DNA from: Balanoglossus misakiensis
Lineage: Eukaryota; Animalia; Hemichordata
NCBI GenBank assembly: GCA_040954595.2
Contig: CM082576.2
Location: 6,203,129 to 6,267,128, forward strand
Direction: 5' to 3'
Length of the DNA: 64,000 nt
Shown here: positions 50,001 to 62,382 of the stretch, piece by piece
Layout of the letters: each line of letters begins with the position of its first letter
How positions within the stretch are numbered: the first letter of the stretch is position 1
Translations under genes and position numbers: made by a program
Notes under the pieces: model-generated
Seen by the model: the letters and a program-made list of their open reading frames with translations, nothing else
What the model was told of the DNA's origin: nothing
Database searches by the model: none

Positions 50001-52171
50001 TTACTACAAAAGAATTCCGATACCCGATCGGGAAATTCAGAGGAGAAGAACAAACTCGGAACCTTACAGGTAAAGTAAAGTACCCGCCACATTTCTGGGA
50101 TATTAACCAGATTTGAATAGTATAGCGGGAACCTGTTGGTAAAGATGAAACTTTTCATGAAATGCGAATCTCTATTTTCGTGTGCAGTATAGCTATTTTG
50201 TAAGATTTATAGCCCCTGTTTTTTGTAAACTTTGACGTATCACATATATTTTCATTATACATACAGGTCACCGGTCATGGCTGGCGGACTCTTCGCCCTG
50301 TCAAGATCATTCTTTTTGGAACTTGGAGGCTACGACCCTGGTTTGGATATTTGGGGAGGAGAGCAATATGAAATATCATTCAAGGTACTATCACAAGTTT
50401 TACATATTTGCGAAAGACGGTACTGATTGTCAGCTATAAGTAAATCTAAAGGGAAAATCGGGTTCTTAAATTGGTGCTGCTTTTTTGTGGGGATTTTATT
50501 TTAGGCTGAATTTCACCTTTCGGACAAGATGGTTTAGGCCCTATTTCATCATACCGACAATCAAAAACTGCTCTTTTTTAGATGATGACATTTTAACGTG
50601 GCACTGTTGGTACACCTGTAGGCTAGTGGGAGTGCATGCGGTGGGAAAACAGAACATATCGTCGTCTGAATAGTAACGTTTCGTCCTCTCTGTACAGATC
50701 TGGATGTGCGGAGGAAGTCTGGAGTTCGTACCTTGTTCGCGAGTGGGCCATGTTTACCGCATGGGAGGTTTGCCATATTCTTATCCCAAACCAGATTCTG
50801 ATGATGGTGTTTCTATTGTCAACAGGGTAGGTATAGGCCTAACTGAATTGATAACCATTCCCAACAGCGTTTCCTAACTAAGTCGCATGTAATATCTATA
50901 AAACTACCTTCTGAACTTTTGTCGATAAAGTACATTTTTAATAGTGACACTATTAAGTTCAATATAAAATCCACGAATTTATAAACTGATAACTGACACA
51001 GTCGAAAACTTTTCTCCCGATGTAGAATTACCTGCGAGTAGCAGAAGTGTGGATGGACGAGTACAAGGAATATTTCTATCGGATGAAACCCGATCTGCGC
51101 GGAAAGCGGTATGGGGACATCGGCCAGCAGAAACAGATGCGACAAGAGAAATGTCCTCATAGTTTCAAGTGGTTCATGGAGGAGGTTGCATATGACATTG
51201 TAGAAAGTTATCCCTTACCAGCTGAGAACGTAGCATGGGGAGAGGTGAGTTGTGTAGACTCTACGCAGCACTTCCTTCAACACTACACTACACTACACTA
51301 CACTACACTACACTACACTACACTACACTACACTACACTACACTACACTACACTACACTACACTACACTACAATACAATACAATACAATACAATACAATA
51401 CAATACAATACAATACAATGTAATACAATACAAATTTGGTATAATTTATAGTTCCAAGCAACATCTGGATATATTTAATACTAAACACAAAGTTTATATC
51501 CCCCACGACTTCTTCTTGTTTTTTATTTTAATGAGAATTTAATTTACCTCTTTGTATACCAGGTTGAAGCAACTGGGTCCCGGTATTGCCTGGACAACCG
51601 CGGCAAGACAGGAGGGGCGAAAATAGCGCTGTACCGCTGTCATGGTTACGGAGGAAGTCAGCTTTATAGACTGAACAAGGCTGGAGAATTCCGTGTCAAC
51701 GAAGAATGCCTGTACGCGGATAATAAGGTTGTGAGGCAACAGAGATGCGTTCCACATAAGGAATATGGGTGGGACTATGACGAGGTATTTCACAATTTCG
51801 AAGTTCCAAACTTTCTCACACACGTGTAGGGCTAAACCTGCAGTGGTTAACTGGAGGAATGCGTCACAAGAAATGACAGATTCTGCCGAGTCTGATGAAA
51901 CAGACCAACTGATACAAACAAAAAGCGTAAAGTCCTATTTTCTTCCCATGCACGCATATCTGAGTTACTAGTTACAAATGAACACCTGTTTGTTGGTATA
52001 CTTAACCCCCTCAACATTATTTCCTTTTCACAGAGCATTTCACGCATTACTGTAAAAGTTAAAGGTGGAATTCTCTGCATGGATCATAACGGAAGTTATC
52101 AAGAAGTGGTCTTATTGCCGTGCCAAGATGACAAAGCTACTCAGAAATGGACATTTCAGCCACTGAATTAG
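47097..52171 (+). CDS. GALNT7: Polypeptide N-acetylgalactosaminyltransferase, GALNT7/GALNT10 subfamily (copy A)
   Basis: Ten exons: 47097-47231 (type II TM anchor), 48413-48861, 49139-49305, 49436-49652 (FLDAHCE, DxH), 49899-50069, 50267-50384 ([20 protein letters not shown]), 50698-50826 (CSRVGHVYR), 51026-51244, 51563-51784, 52034-52171 (ricin-type lectin, QKW). [14 protein letters not shown] is GALNT7-like. Confidence 0.93.
51281..51432 (+). repeat. Compound pentanucleotide microsatellite (CACTA)18 followed by (CAATA)~12
   Basis: Directly visible in GALNT copy A intron 8. Confidence 0.97.
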
Positions 52172-52318
52172 ACGTGTCTTTGGATTGCGACAATTATTGA
52201 ACTGGGACATACTGTGCAATAGCTGGAGTTTGGTAGCATGAAGGAGGTTGAAAGCTGCTCAAAAAATAAGAAGCTTGGAAGGGATCCAGTGCCTTGCTAA
52301 TTTATCTGCCTTGAATAC

Positions 52319-52366
52319 ATGAATGAATGAATGAATGAATGAACGAATAAATGAATGAATGAATGA
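52319..52366 (+). repeat. (GAAT)n tetranucleotide microsatellite, imperfect
   Basis: Directly visible in the 3' UTR of GALNT copy A. Confidence 0.9.
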
Positions 52367-53724
52367 AGAGGCAAAGACAGAATTTGTGTCTGATGTTTAG
52401 GCTGTAAATATGTTTCTGTTGTAATTTTTATGCCTTTCTGACAATTCTTACACAAAAGTCTCACAAACCACATCCATATGAGACTTTTTATGAGATGTCA
52501 AATAAAGTTAGAAAGCAACAAATGAAACCATGTTTGGAGTCCTTCATAACAAGCATCCAGTGTGACCAGACTCTCAGAATTCCACTGACATTCACTTACA
52601 CACAAGAGACTAATAACTCTAACATTACACCACGAATAGAGTTTATTTGTTGAAGAAATGTACACACAGGAATGTCTCTAAAACAGTTTGTATACACATT
52701 GCATTGTTATGGTATTGACATGTGGAAATATATGATTTTTAGAATATACAATGTATAAGATTGTTATCCTTGTACTCTAGAAGCATCTAATTTCGGCATT
52801 GTTTCCAAACTTTAAAATTTCATCATCACAAAATAGTTACGAGAATAATTCTTTTATTGTGAAACTGCCGAACAGTAGATGTGGAAGATTAAAAACGTAT
52901 TTGCATTATTTTTGTTGCCTTCTAAAATGTTACCAAATTTTACTGAACTTTTCTTTCGGAGCAGATATTTCAATGTGGTTTTGGAAGTAAAAATCCATCT
53001 ATTGAATCTATTGAATGCTGAAAAACGTGAACATAACCGTCTTCAGTTTATTTTGTTAAGTTTAAATGTTAGCCATGAATTCATTATCTGGTCAAAGAAA
53101 TTACCATTTCTTTTGATAATTGTGCATCGGGGGGCTATTTTCATGGATTTTATTGTCCAGATGACAGTCATACAAAATAATTTTGGTTAGCTTTTTACTG
53201 TAAAGTACACTAATTAGATACTTGTCTCCATCGGTAGTTAATACGATAAAATGTCTTCAAATGTGTCTTGGAATAATAATCTTTCACCAAAAGATAACAA
53301 AAATAAATAGATAAATAAAAAAGAAAAAAAATGCTTTTATATATGGCAGGTTTCCTTTACATAAGTAGACACCAGAAACTGTACGTGGATTAGATTTGAA
53401 CCAACAACCTGTTGACGTCATCTCCATGCGAAGATGCAATCTGATATGCCTATTCATTCCACTGAACACACATCAATGGGATTCGGATCCAATTTCCAAA
53501 ACCAATCTTCAGATGTAGAACACTGAGAGTTACTGGTTTTCGGCATTACTGTACAAAGTAACATGCATGTGCTGACGTATTGTACTACGCTGGCAATAGA
53601 ATCACACTAGCGTCACACAGTTGATATTGCACCATGTTACAACAGCGCATGCACAACAAGCATTACTTTTCCGAAGCTTTGAAGGTACATAACCCTCCTC
53701 GTTCAGACGCAAGGGATGTTACTA

Positions 53725-56700
53725 TTATATTTCTCGAAAGATCCACTGCTGTGAACCTCGCTTCGGGTCGCACTGTGACATGACGACTGTTGTCGCCGTG
53801 TGATCTAAACACAGTTTCATTGATTTGATGTACAGCTGCATCGTGATCTGCAAACAAAAGAAATGAAGACAAACAAAAATGATGCATTAATCCGCATGTT
53901 GACATTTCGAAAATCTGATGAGGGTGCCTTGACTGGGGGAGCACTTGGGGTAGTGAAATGATGAAGGGAGGAGAGGGTGAGAAGTGTTCATCTGAGGGGA
54001 AAAGTAGCTGATGAAATGGCAAAATAGGCAGTAGTTTCTGCTGGCTACCAGCTCTTATCTACATCTACACCCCTACCAGTGAGAATGATTTGGAAGAACT
54101 GTACCAGTGTAGTCGACCCACATACAATGCAGTTTTGAAACTGGAAGGATCTTGCTGTGCATTCTCCATCATGGGACTAAATTCACATATTATTTCACAA
54201 ATCACAGTATTGGGGACTAAGAATTAATGTCACAGGGCAGTATTCCACCACTCACCTCATTATAATGCCAATCTCTGGTTATCCTGGCTTTGTTCTTTCC
54301 ACTACACTTGTAGAATATTGGCTTGGGGTTTTTCCCAGTGATGCAAAGATCACTGACCCTCAGATCATTAAAAGAAGTTAGACGGAACATCTGTGGGGGA
54401 AAAAAGCAAACAAAAATCAAATTTTAATCTGATTTTAACATACACCGGTAATAATAAGAAATAGCTGTTTTTTATTTTACCTGATTTCCACCAAAGCCAT
54501 GACATGGAGTAAGACCAACTCTATCACCTTCGCTGTTACCCAAAGTATCAAGGCAGTGACTATCTGAATCAACGGGCCGAACCTGGCAATGAAACAACAC
54601 AAAAAGGAGACAAAAGTTTCAATAACGTGTAATTATGCAATTGATTTGCATATTGGGTACCAGTACATGTATACCTGGTCCTGGTGATTTCACATGTCGT
54701 TGAATGAGTGAATCAGTGACCAGCAAATACTCATAAGAATCGATATGACATGAGTGCAATATCTGTTGTATGTCACAAATTACATCAAACTTTAAAAGCT
54801 TTAAATCAAATTTTCATCTCCTCACCTCTCCCCAGTATTTATTGATCGGTGGCAATGGATACCACTTGATCACATCGTACGCCACCGTTTCCATAAACCA
54901 TCGGAAATTCCGGCATTTATGATCCTTTCTGAAGTGGATTTGTGCGCTGATGTCTCCGTAGTCTATTCTCTTGAGAAGCCGTGGATTTTTGGCGTAGAAG
55001 TAATCCTTGTATCCATCCGTCCACACCTCAGCCACCCGTAGAAAGTTCTGTTAAAGATATTGATTTATTGGATAGGTCCATGAAAGTGTAAATAGAGGTG
55101 GTGACCTTGTATCATTAATAACCATATCTGAACTGCACATAACATGCGTCATGAATGAGGGTCATTTGCATGTTTAAACGATGAAAGTTACGGAGGCAAA
55201 TAAGATTTAATTGAATTAATAAAATTCTATTCAATTTGGTCAATACTCTTTATTTCCTATATATTCTCCTAATAGTGGCAAAAGCATTAAACCTTTAAAA
55301 CCGCGGCTGGGAAGAAAACTTCAGAATGATGTCATAGGTCACAAGGGGGACAGGATTCACAGGGTTAACACATTTGCAGTATTCTATAAAGCTAAAAATC
55401 AGTAACAGTCTATCAACCTACCCGCTGTTGGTATGCTCCCAAAGTACCATTAGGGAAAGAATACGGGGGCCTGCCGTGGATTCTGTAAATGTGTCCAACC
55501 CGCGAACATGGCGCCCATAGCAACTGACCACCACACATCCAGACCTTCAATTCATGCAAACGAGAAGAAAGTCACTGAATAGATTCTCACGCTGATTATG
55601 ATATAAAATTAATGCAATAATTATGATTATTCAATATGTCTGTATTCTCATACCATCAACAATATTGTTACTAACATTAGTTGTGCTATTCATGTCCGAT
55701 GGTATCACTGCAATTAGTGCTATATCAGCGGTGATTTTTGTTGGTAGCATCAGAGGTCAGTACCATCGCTGGTAGTTACATCACATGGCTCATATTATAT
55801 TACCTTAAATGAAAGTTCATAATTCTCCCCTCCCCATATTTGCAATCCTGGGTCATATGCTCCCATTTCAAAGAAGTAATCCTTGTCCATTGCAAAGAGT
55901 CCACCAGCCATCACAGGAGATCTGTCAACATAACATAACATAACATATTTAAAAACATAAAACATAGTGTAAATATGAAAGTTTCCACAAAAGAACATGT
56001 CTTCAATATAACCATGGTAGATTTTGTATTGAATACAATGTATATTTTTTGCTGACCTGTAGGGCTCAGTTTGGTGTTTCCTCTTCTGTATTTCATCGTC
56101 CGAGAGCGGAACTCGCTTGTAATAGAAATCCCAGTCGAAGACACCCCGGGCTAACTTGCCGTCGCCTTGCGCATACACTCTGAAATCCATGTTGTCGATA
56201 ACATCAACAATGGGGCACACAATTGTGGTCCTGTGAATACAAACATTACAGTACTTGTTTTAAACGACCATTAATTTACAATGGAATTGAAGTTTCACAG
56301 GTATTATGTATTCAAAATGGACAGAGTAACTAAGGATTTGCTAAAGAATTGCTGACCTTGAACATACTGATGTGGCAAAATTGTAATATCTTGGTAATAT
56401 TTTCTATCATACATATTTGTGTAATTTTACTTTAATTAATGAACCATCGATTGTCAGAACACTAAGCACTGCTTTTGTTATGCCACCAAGCATAACAGGA
56501 TCATCGCACACAATTGGATAATTGTTTAACTTGTAATGCCTAAAGGGTAACTTTATACTCTGAAAATCCGTCAAGTTCCTACTTCAAACTCTTAACACTA
56601 TCATAGCATGCAATGTCACGCTATGTACAATTCAACAGAACGCATCACATTTGCGGTGTTTTCTGCTGAGGCCACGGAATGCGAGGTGAAAGAAAGGGGT

Positions 56701-59500
56701 ACCTGGGGTAAAATGATACCTGGCATATTACAATGCAAGCAGTCTTTCTTTGAACAATCAGGTGTGCCCGGGGGAGCTTTCTGTTCAAAATGAAGATGGA
56801 ACTCCAGGGAATACATGCACATTGGCCACAACAGAAGATAGCACGTCCGTAATCAGCATAATTATCTACTTTGAGTGATCGGTATGAGAGGGAGGTTCGG
56901 TAGCCCTCTGCATTCTTTCTTTGCACAGACAGGCATGCCCAGGGGGGCTTTCTGTTAGATTGCAGTACCCCATATTGTCTGCTCGCAGGGGTCGTTGGCT
57001 CGACCACAGTCTCCCGGAGAGCAAGACCTTGGCAGGCAGAGATGAGTACCCCAGTGAAGTGCTACCGGCCATTTGCAAAAAATTCTGTATCAGTGACCAG
57101 CGCGATTACCTGTTTTCAGAGATGGGCACCAGGAGAGGTGGCAGCCAATTGTAGCCCACTTCACAGTGAGCATCCAGCCATATCAAGACTTGACCAATGG
57201 CATTCTTGGCTCCTGCCACGCGTGCGGCGATCAGTCCTTCTCGCTTCTCGTTTCTGATTAACTTGACAATTCCTGACAACGGTGGCGCATTGATGTATGT
57301 TTCTAGTTTGTCTTTCAAGTGCTCTGTTGAGAAAGACCAATCCTCCATTAGTTTTCTCTCTCGTGTAGGAATGAACTACCTGTTGCCAAGCTAGCACTGG
57401 TCACGAGACCAAAATAAAAACAGACAAGTGATGTCATAATTTTAAAAACAATTTACTTTTGATTATATCTACAACCACTTCAAAGGAACTCTTACCTTTG
57501 TCACTGAAGTCATCAACAAGAACAATCTCTTGAAGTAAATGTGGTGGACTCCTGTTCAGAATACTATGCACAGTCCTGAGTAGAGTGGACCATCCTTCAT
57601 TGTGAAATACCACTATGACACTGACCTTGGGCAAGTCCCAGGGATAATGCCAATGTCTACATCTGAGCAACAAAGTATATATAAAACACTTTATTACTAT
57701 ATTGTAATATTGCTTAGTCTGAATTATGATAATTATATTGCTTTGTCAGCCATCTGATTGGCTGAAGTCAGCAAATAATTCTAAAAGATTAAAATAGAAC
57801 ATTTAGAAGAGAAAACACCTGAAATAGAACATACTTTTATTGATGAACGTATTCAGAGTTATAAAAAGATAATGGACACTCTGAAACCATGCATTTGTCA
57901 CAAATGCCAGTATTAGACGTATAATGGCAACCACAGAACAATATTACCCTGCTGATAAATGACAACCATAAATAGTAACACTCACTGGTAACACAAACAG
58001 CTATGCATGAAATTCTGTCAAACATTAAGGCCTCATGTACACACAAACATGATTTCGGTTTGGGGATGTGGCACATGTAGACTGGATGACCAGATGTGAC
58101 ACAGGCCTGTGATGTATGCTGTGCTGATTTCGAATTGAACCCTGCTGTTCTGAATTAACAATATGCAATTTTCCATTTTCAGTAGCTGGTGTCTGTTTTC
58201 TGACCATGGCAGACAACAACGAGCATTAAAATACATGTCGTTTATTGATGCATGATTGTTAAAACACAGAATTTGGGTCACTGGTGGTATCTTCCTACCT
58301 ATCAGTAAATTGTGGTTTTGTACACAACAGCTCCAGAATTATTGATTTTACTTTTTTTACCTTTTAACATATTTTTTAGTTCCATTACTATTTTATGATA
58401 AGTGTTATTTCTTGATTAACAAGGACACTGCAATAAAAAATTAAATTAAATAAATGGTATCACTTACTCTGGATCTCTCAAATCTGGTATGGATCGATCA
58501 AGAGAAATTCTATCACTGATGTACTGATTAAATGAGTATTCTTTGATGCTGGTGTCAACAGAGTCCTTCTCTCTCAGGTCAAATCTGACTGGTATGCCAT
58601 TTTCCCCGGGGCCATCTCTCTTGGGTTTTGGCAGTGGTTCATAATTTCCAACGGTGTCCAGCAACACGGCAGTTTTAAAGTGAGATGTGGGAGACTCCCT
58701 GTGTTCGACTATGGCATGATTCTGATCTTGAGTTGGGATGGTGAGTAATTGGCCCTGAGAAAAAATAGACAGAATGCAATGTCAGTTCTTTTTATAGATA
58801 AACAAAAACAAGGATTTTTATGTTTGTCCAGATCTTTCAGAACTAAATGTGCGTTTTTCTCATTACTGAGATAACATGTGGTACTATTCTCAGAGCGTTT
58901 TTGCATGATTGAAGCGTTAATACTGTGGCTAATAGCACTGCAGGGGATTTCACTAAAGACAGCTATTATGTTGATGTAAATTAGTAGATAATAGTTTAAA
59001 TCTAATTCAGCAATTGTGAACGCAGGTTTTCCCCAAATATACTCAAACTAACCTGCCACTGGCAAAAAAGGACTCAAACATTTAAATCATATTGAAAAAA
59101 AAAAATAAGGAAGCGCTGAACATTCTATGTTGAAATGTTTTATTTTCAAAACATATTACCAGTTGGTTTGCAATTTTTAAGCCCCTTGATCATTTGGCAT
59201 AATCTGACTATAATGGTGTTACTTATGATCAAACTAAACACTGTCCACCACCAAAAACATCATGATCACTGAGGCCGCCACCACATACGCTCGGGTTTCC
59301 ATGGCAATGGCTTCCATACTAACCTTATCTACCAAGGGCTGTCTCGGCGGCTGTCTTGGGATCTCCTCGCCGATGATCGCTTGATCACCAACACTATTTG
59401 CGTGGTCAACCTGGTTCATGAACGTCACAGTCCTGGCGATGTACACTGAGCATGTTGCCAGGATCACCAAAACAACGAGTCTCCGTTTTCGAATACGCAT
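53725..59500 (-). CDS. GALNT7: Polypeptide N-acetylgalactosaminyltransferase, GALNT7/GALNT10 subfamily (copy B)
   Basis: Eleven exons: 59500-59324 (MRIRKRR plus TM), 58754-58468, 57662-57496 ([15 protein letters not shown]), 57323-57110 (WLDAHCE), 56230-56057, 55921-55804 ([11 protein letters not shown]), 55544-55422, 55047-54826, 54582-54481 (CLD...CHGFGGNQ), 54390-54256, 53847-53725 (QQWIF). GT-AG, phases consistent. Confidence 0.93.
56739..56960. repeat. About 50-bp imperfect direct repeat pair in GALNT copy B intron 4
   Basis: GCAGTCTTTCTTTGAACAATCAGGTGTGCCCGGGGGAGCTTTCTGTT versus GCATTCTTTCTTTGCACAGACAGGCATGCCCAGGGGGGCTTTCTGTT. Confidence 0.8.
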
Positions 59501-62382
59501 CTTCGACGGTTCCTCGCATCAACGACGTTCTGCCATTTTGTCCCCGGCGGATACATTACACTTTACCATTTTGTCACTAAGCTGCAACTTGGGTGTCAAT
59601 TTTCACTGGTGGGTGAAAACCCGACCCGCCAAATCGACAAAGTGGCTCAATATCAGGCGATGCAAATAGTAGTGCACTCAATTCAGACAACCATTTTGGT
59701 GTAAAAAGGGTACGACGCGGCAGCTGCAACCAGCTACGCTGCACTGCGCTGTGTCGATGTCTGTCTCATGCAGGCAAGCTGACAATCGACCGGCTGCATA
59801 TCTGACCTTCGACCTTTGTTCGTTCTGCGTTCGTTTCACCGACTTAATTCCTTGGGACTGTCACCAGAAGAACGGAATTAACTTCTTAAACTTTTGAATG
59901 GGAGTACAATGCGCCACATCCGCTACCAGAGGGTATTAGACAAAACGACTCCCCTAAACAGACTTTTTCAAAAGTTCACACATTCAAGTTTGCTCCTTTG
60001 GTGAAAGTAATAAGTGATAATGATGAATGTTTCACGGTTTAATTTGCAGCAAAGTCTGCTTTGTAATAAATGTAAACAAGATAAATAATAATTGGGTGTC
60101 ACACCCGTTTATTCAGCCTCTCATTGGAAGAGTACACAGCTTTCATGGTATGCACACTACATTGCAGAATTCATCACAATTTTCAAAAATCTGACTGAGA
60201 ACATCCAAAATTTCAAAGCAAACAGACAGACAAGCAGATTCTGATAAAACTTTTGAAGATATTTAAAGAGAAAATTGGTGGCCCAAAATACAATACAATT
60301 TGAACAAATCTAATTTGTTATCTAAAGAGACCTGCAAATATGAAACTTTAGAACATGCAGTTTCTAAAAAGATTTTTGACTGAAAATGACAAAAATAATA
60401 AGAACAGTAACTTGAAGACACAGAGAATTTTGGCATAAAATAAAATTTATTAATAATCAAACAATAAGTGATAAAATATTAAACAACATGCTAACTTATT
60501 CCTGTGGTCCTCTTCAGAGCTGTCCTTTATTTCCTACAACAAACAAGTAGCAATGAAAGTAGATGTGGGGGATCACATGGGGGTTATGAATGCAACCTGA
60601 TATTGATGATATTAAAAGATGAAATATCGGTTGCCATTGCAACGTGCCCCTTGGAATAAATTTAATCACACAGTACGCAAAGTCAATCATGTCTTTGAAA
60701 TATTTACAAATTCTACTGAAATGTACCGGTAGATACGTACTGGTCTGTGTATGTGTGCACGATTCCCTGAGCTACTCTTTTACTACAGTACCCAAGAAAG
60801 TTTTCAAATTTCACTGAGATCATCTTGAATTTATTGGTATAAATACTTCAATTCAAAGAAAAAATTTCAGTCAACTTGAATAGGGGACTTCATAAGTAAA
60901 CTAAAGAAGAAATCTTATCATGGACATTCAAACATTCTGTACAGTGGTGAGCCCATATCTTGCAGAAATGTACAGATACAAGCAAACCTACCTAACCACT
61001 CAAACGACTACCTCTGAACATAGAAACTTAGAATTATTGCACATTCATCCCCTAGAAAAGAAAATAGCACCTCAAACTTTTGTTAGTGTACTGTAATGAT
61101 CAACAGTTTCCATGCGTAGTAATTTGAAATGGCTATACGTCCACTCAATAGTTGTTCCCATTTTTTCTGATAATCTTGGAAAACAACGGCGTTAAAGCAG
61201 ATCTTTTGGTGAAATCCCTTGTATTTTATGACACAGCCTGTTGATAATCTTATTTTCACTTTGAATATTAACTAATCACAACATTCAGTCATGCTGAATG
61301 CTTCCATAGTTACGAAAGAGTTACTATGGAAACTAAACAAATAGCTACCCATGAAGAAATGCTGCATTGTAAACTTTGCATTGTGGTGTATTACTCAACA
61401 CTTAAAAAAATACACTGAGTCCTCCAAGCTGTCATTCCTGCAAAATATCCATCTTAAAATTAAACTTTAAATTGTATTCTTGTAGGTTATTACAGATCAC
61501 TGTAGGCAAAATCAACCCACAAATTTTCAGGAAACTCAGAGCAACCAATTGTCAGGATGCATGTTTCAATTCTGTTAATTTATGTTCACTTGCTAACAAT
61601 AGCATTTTTCTCACCTAGATGCATGGTTAGTGTTAGCATGGACAATAAACGAATCTTGCTTTCTTTGGTTTGCTGGCAACATTGCGCATTAACTGGATTT
61701 GGGAGGAAAAGGCTTGTGGAACCCTTGGGTGGAAAATGCTGACACACTATTTGGTGTATAGACAATGGATGAATGTATAATATGAAATTTGACGATTATT
61801 TTACACACATAAGACAACTTTCCACTCATCACATAATGCACATAGATTTTCAATCTCTACGCTACTAAACTAGAGAATGGTGAAACCTGACTGAAATGGA
61901 AGACAAGGAGATATAAACAACTATTATCACAAAATTGGGCTTCAGTCAACTTGTTTTTAGCTAAAAAGCATCAGTATGCTTTACTGTATCTTTATAAGAC
62001 CAAAATTGTATTGACTTCTTTCAATTCTAAGTTCACATTTATGTGCAAGATGTGGTCTTTGGATAAAGATTGCTTTATTTATGTTTACATCACATATCTC
62101 CTTTGACTTCTTCACAAAATACTCCAATTCTAAATCTGACAAATATTTCAGATATTAAAAAAGATCTCTCAATACTTAAAAATGCTGGAAATTGCAAATT
62201 TCTGAAATAAAAAATGTACATTGCACTCAGAAGCACACACATATCACAATAAGTTAAAAAAAATTAATGCACAGTACAATTTCACACATTAGTTCATTTG
62301 ATGAAAATGCACTTTAAAAACACACCATAAAACTATACCTGAAAGACGTAAAACAAAATCAAAATTTTTCAACCCCATGTTA

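Noticed and set aside
51245-51451. [10 protein letters not shown] repeat peptide
   Set aside because: Translation of the intronic microsatellite past the splice donor at 51245.
53915-53965. CTGATGAG...GAAA hammerhead-like core (also CTGATGA at 44938)
   Set aside because: GAAA does not abut stem II and stems I and III cannot be formed.
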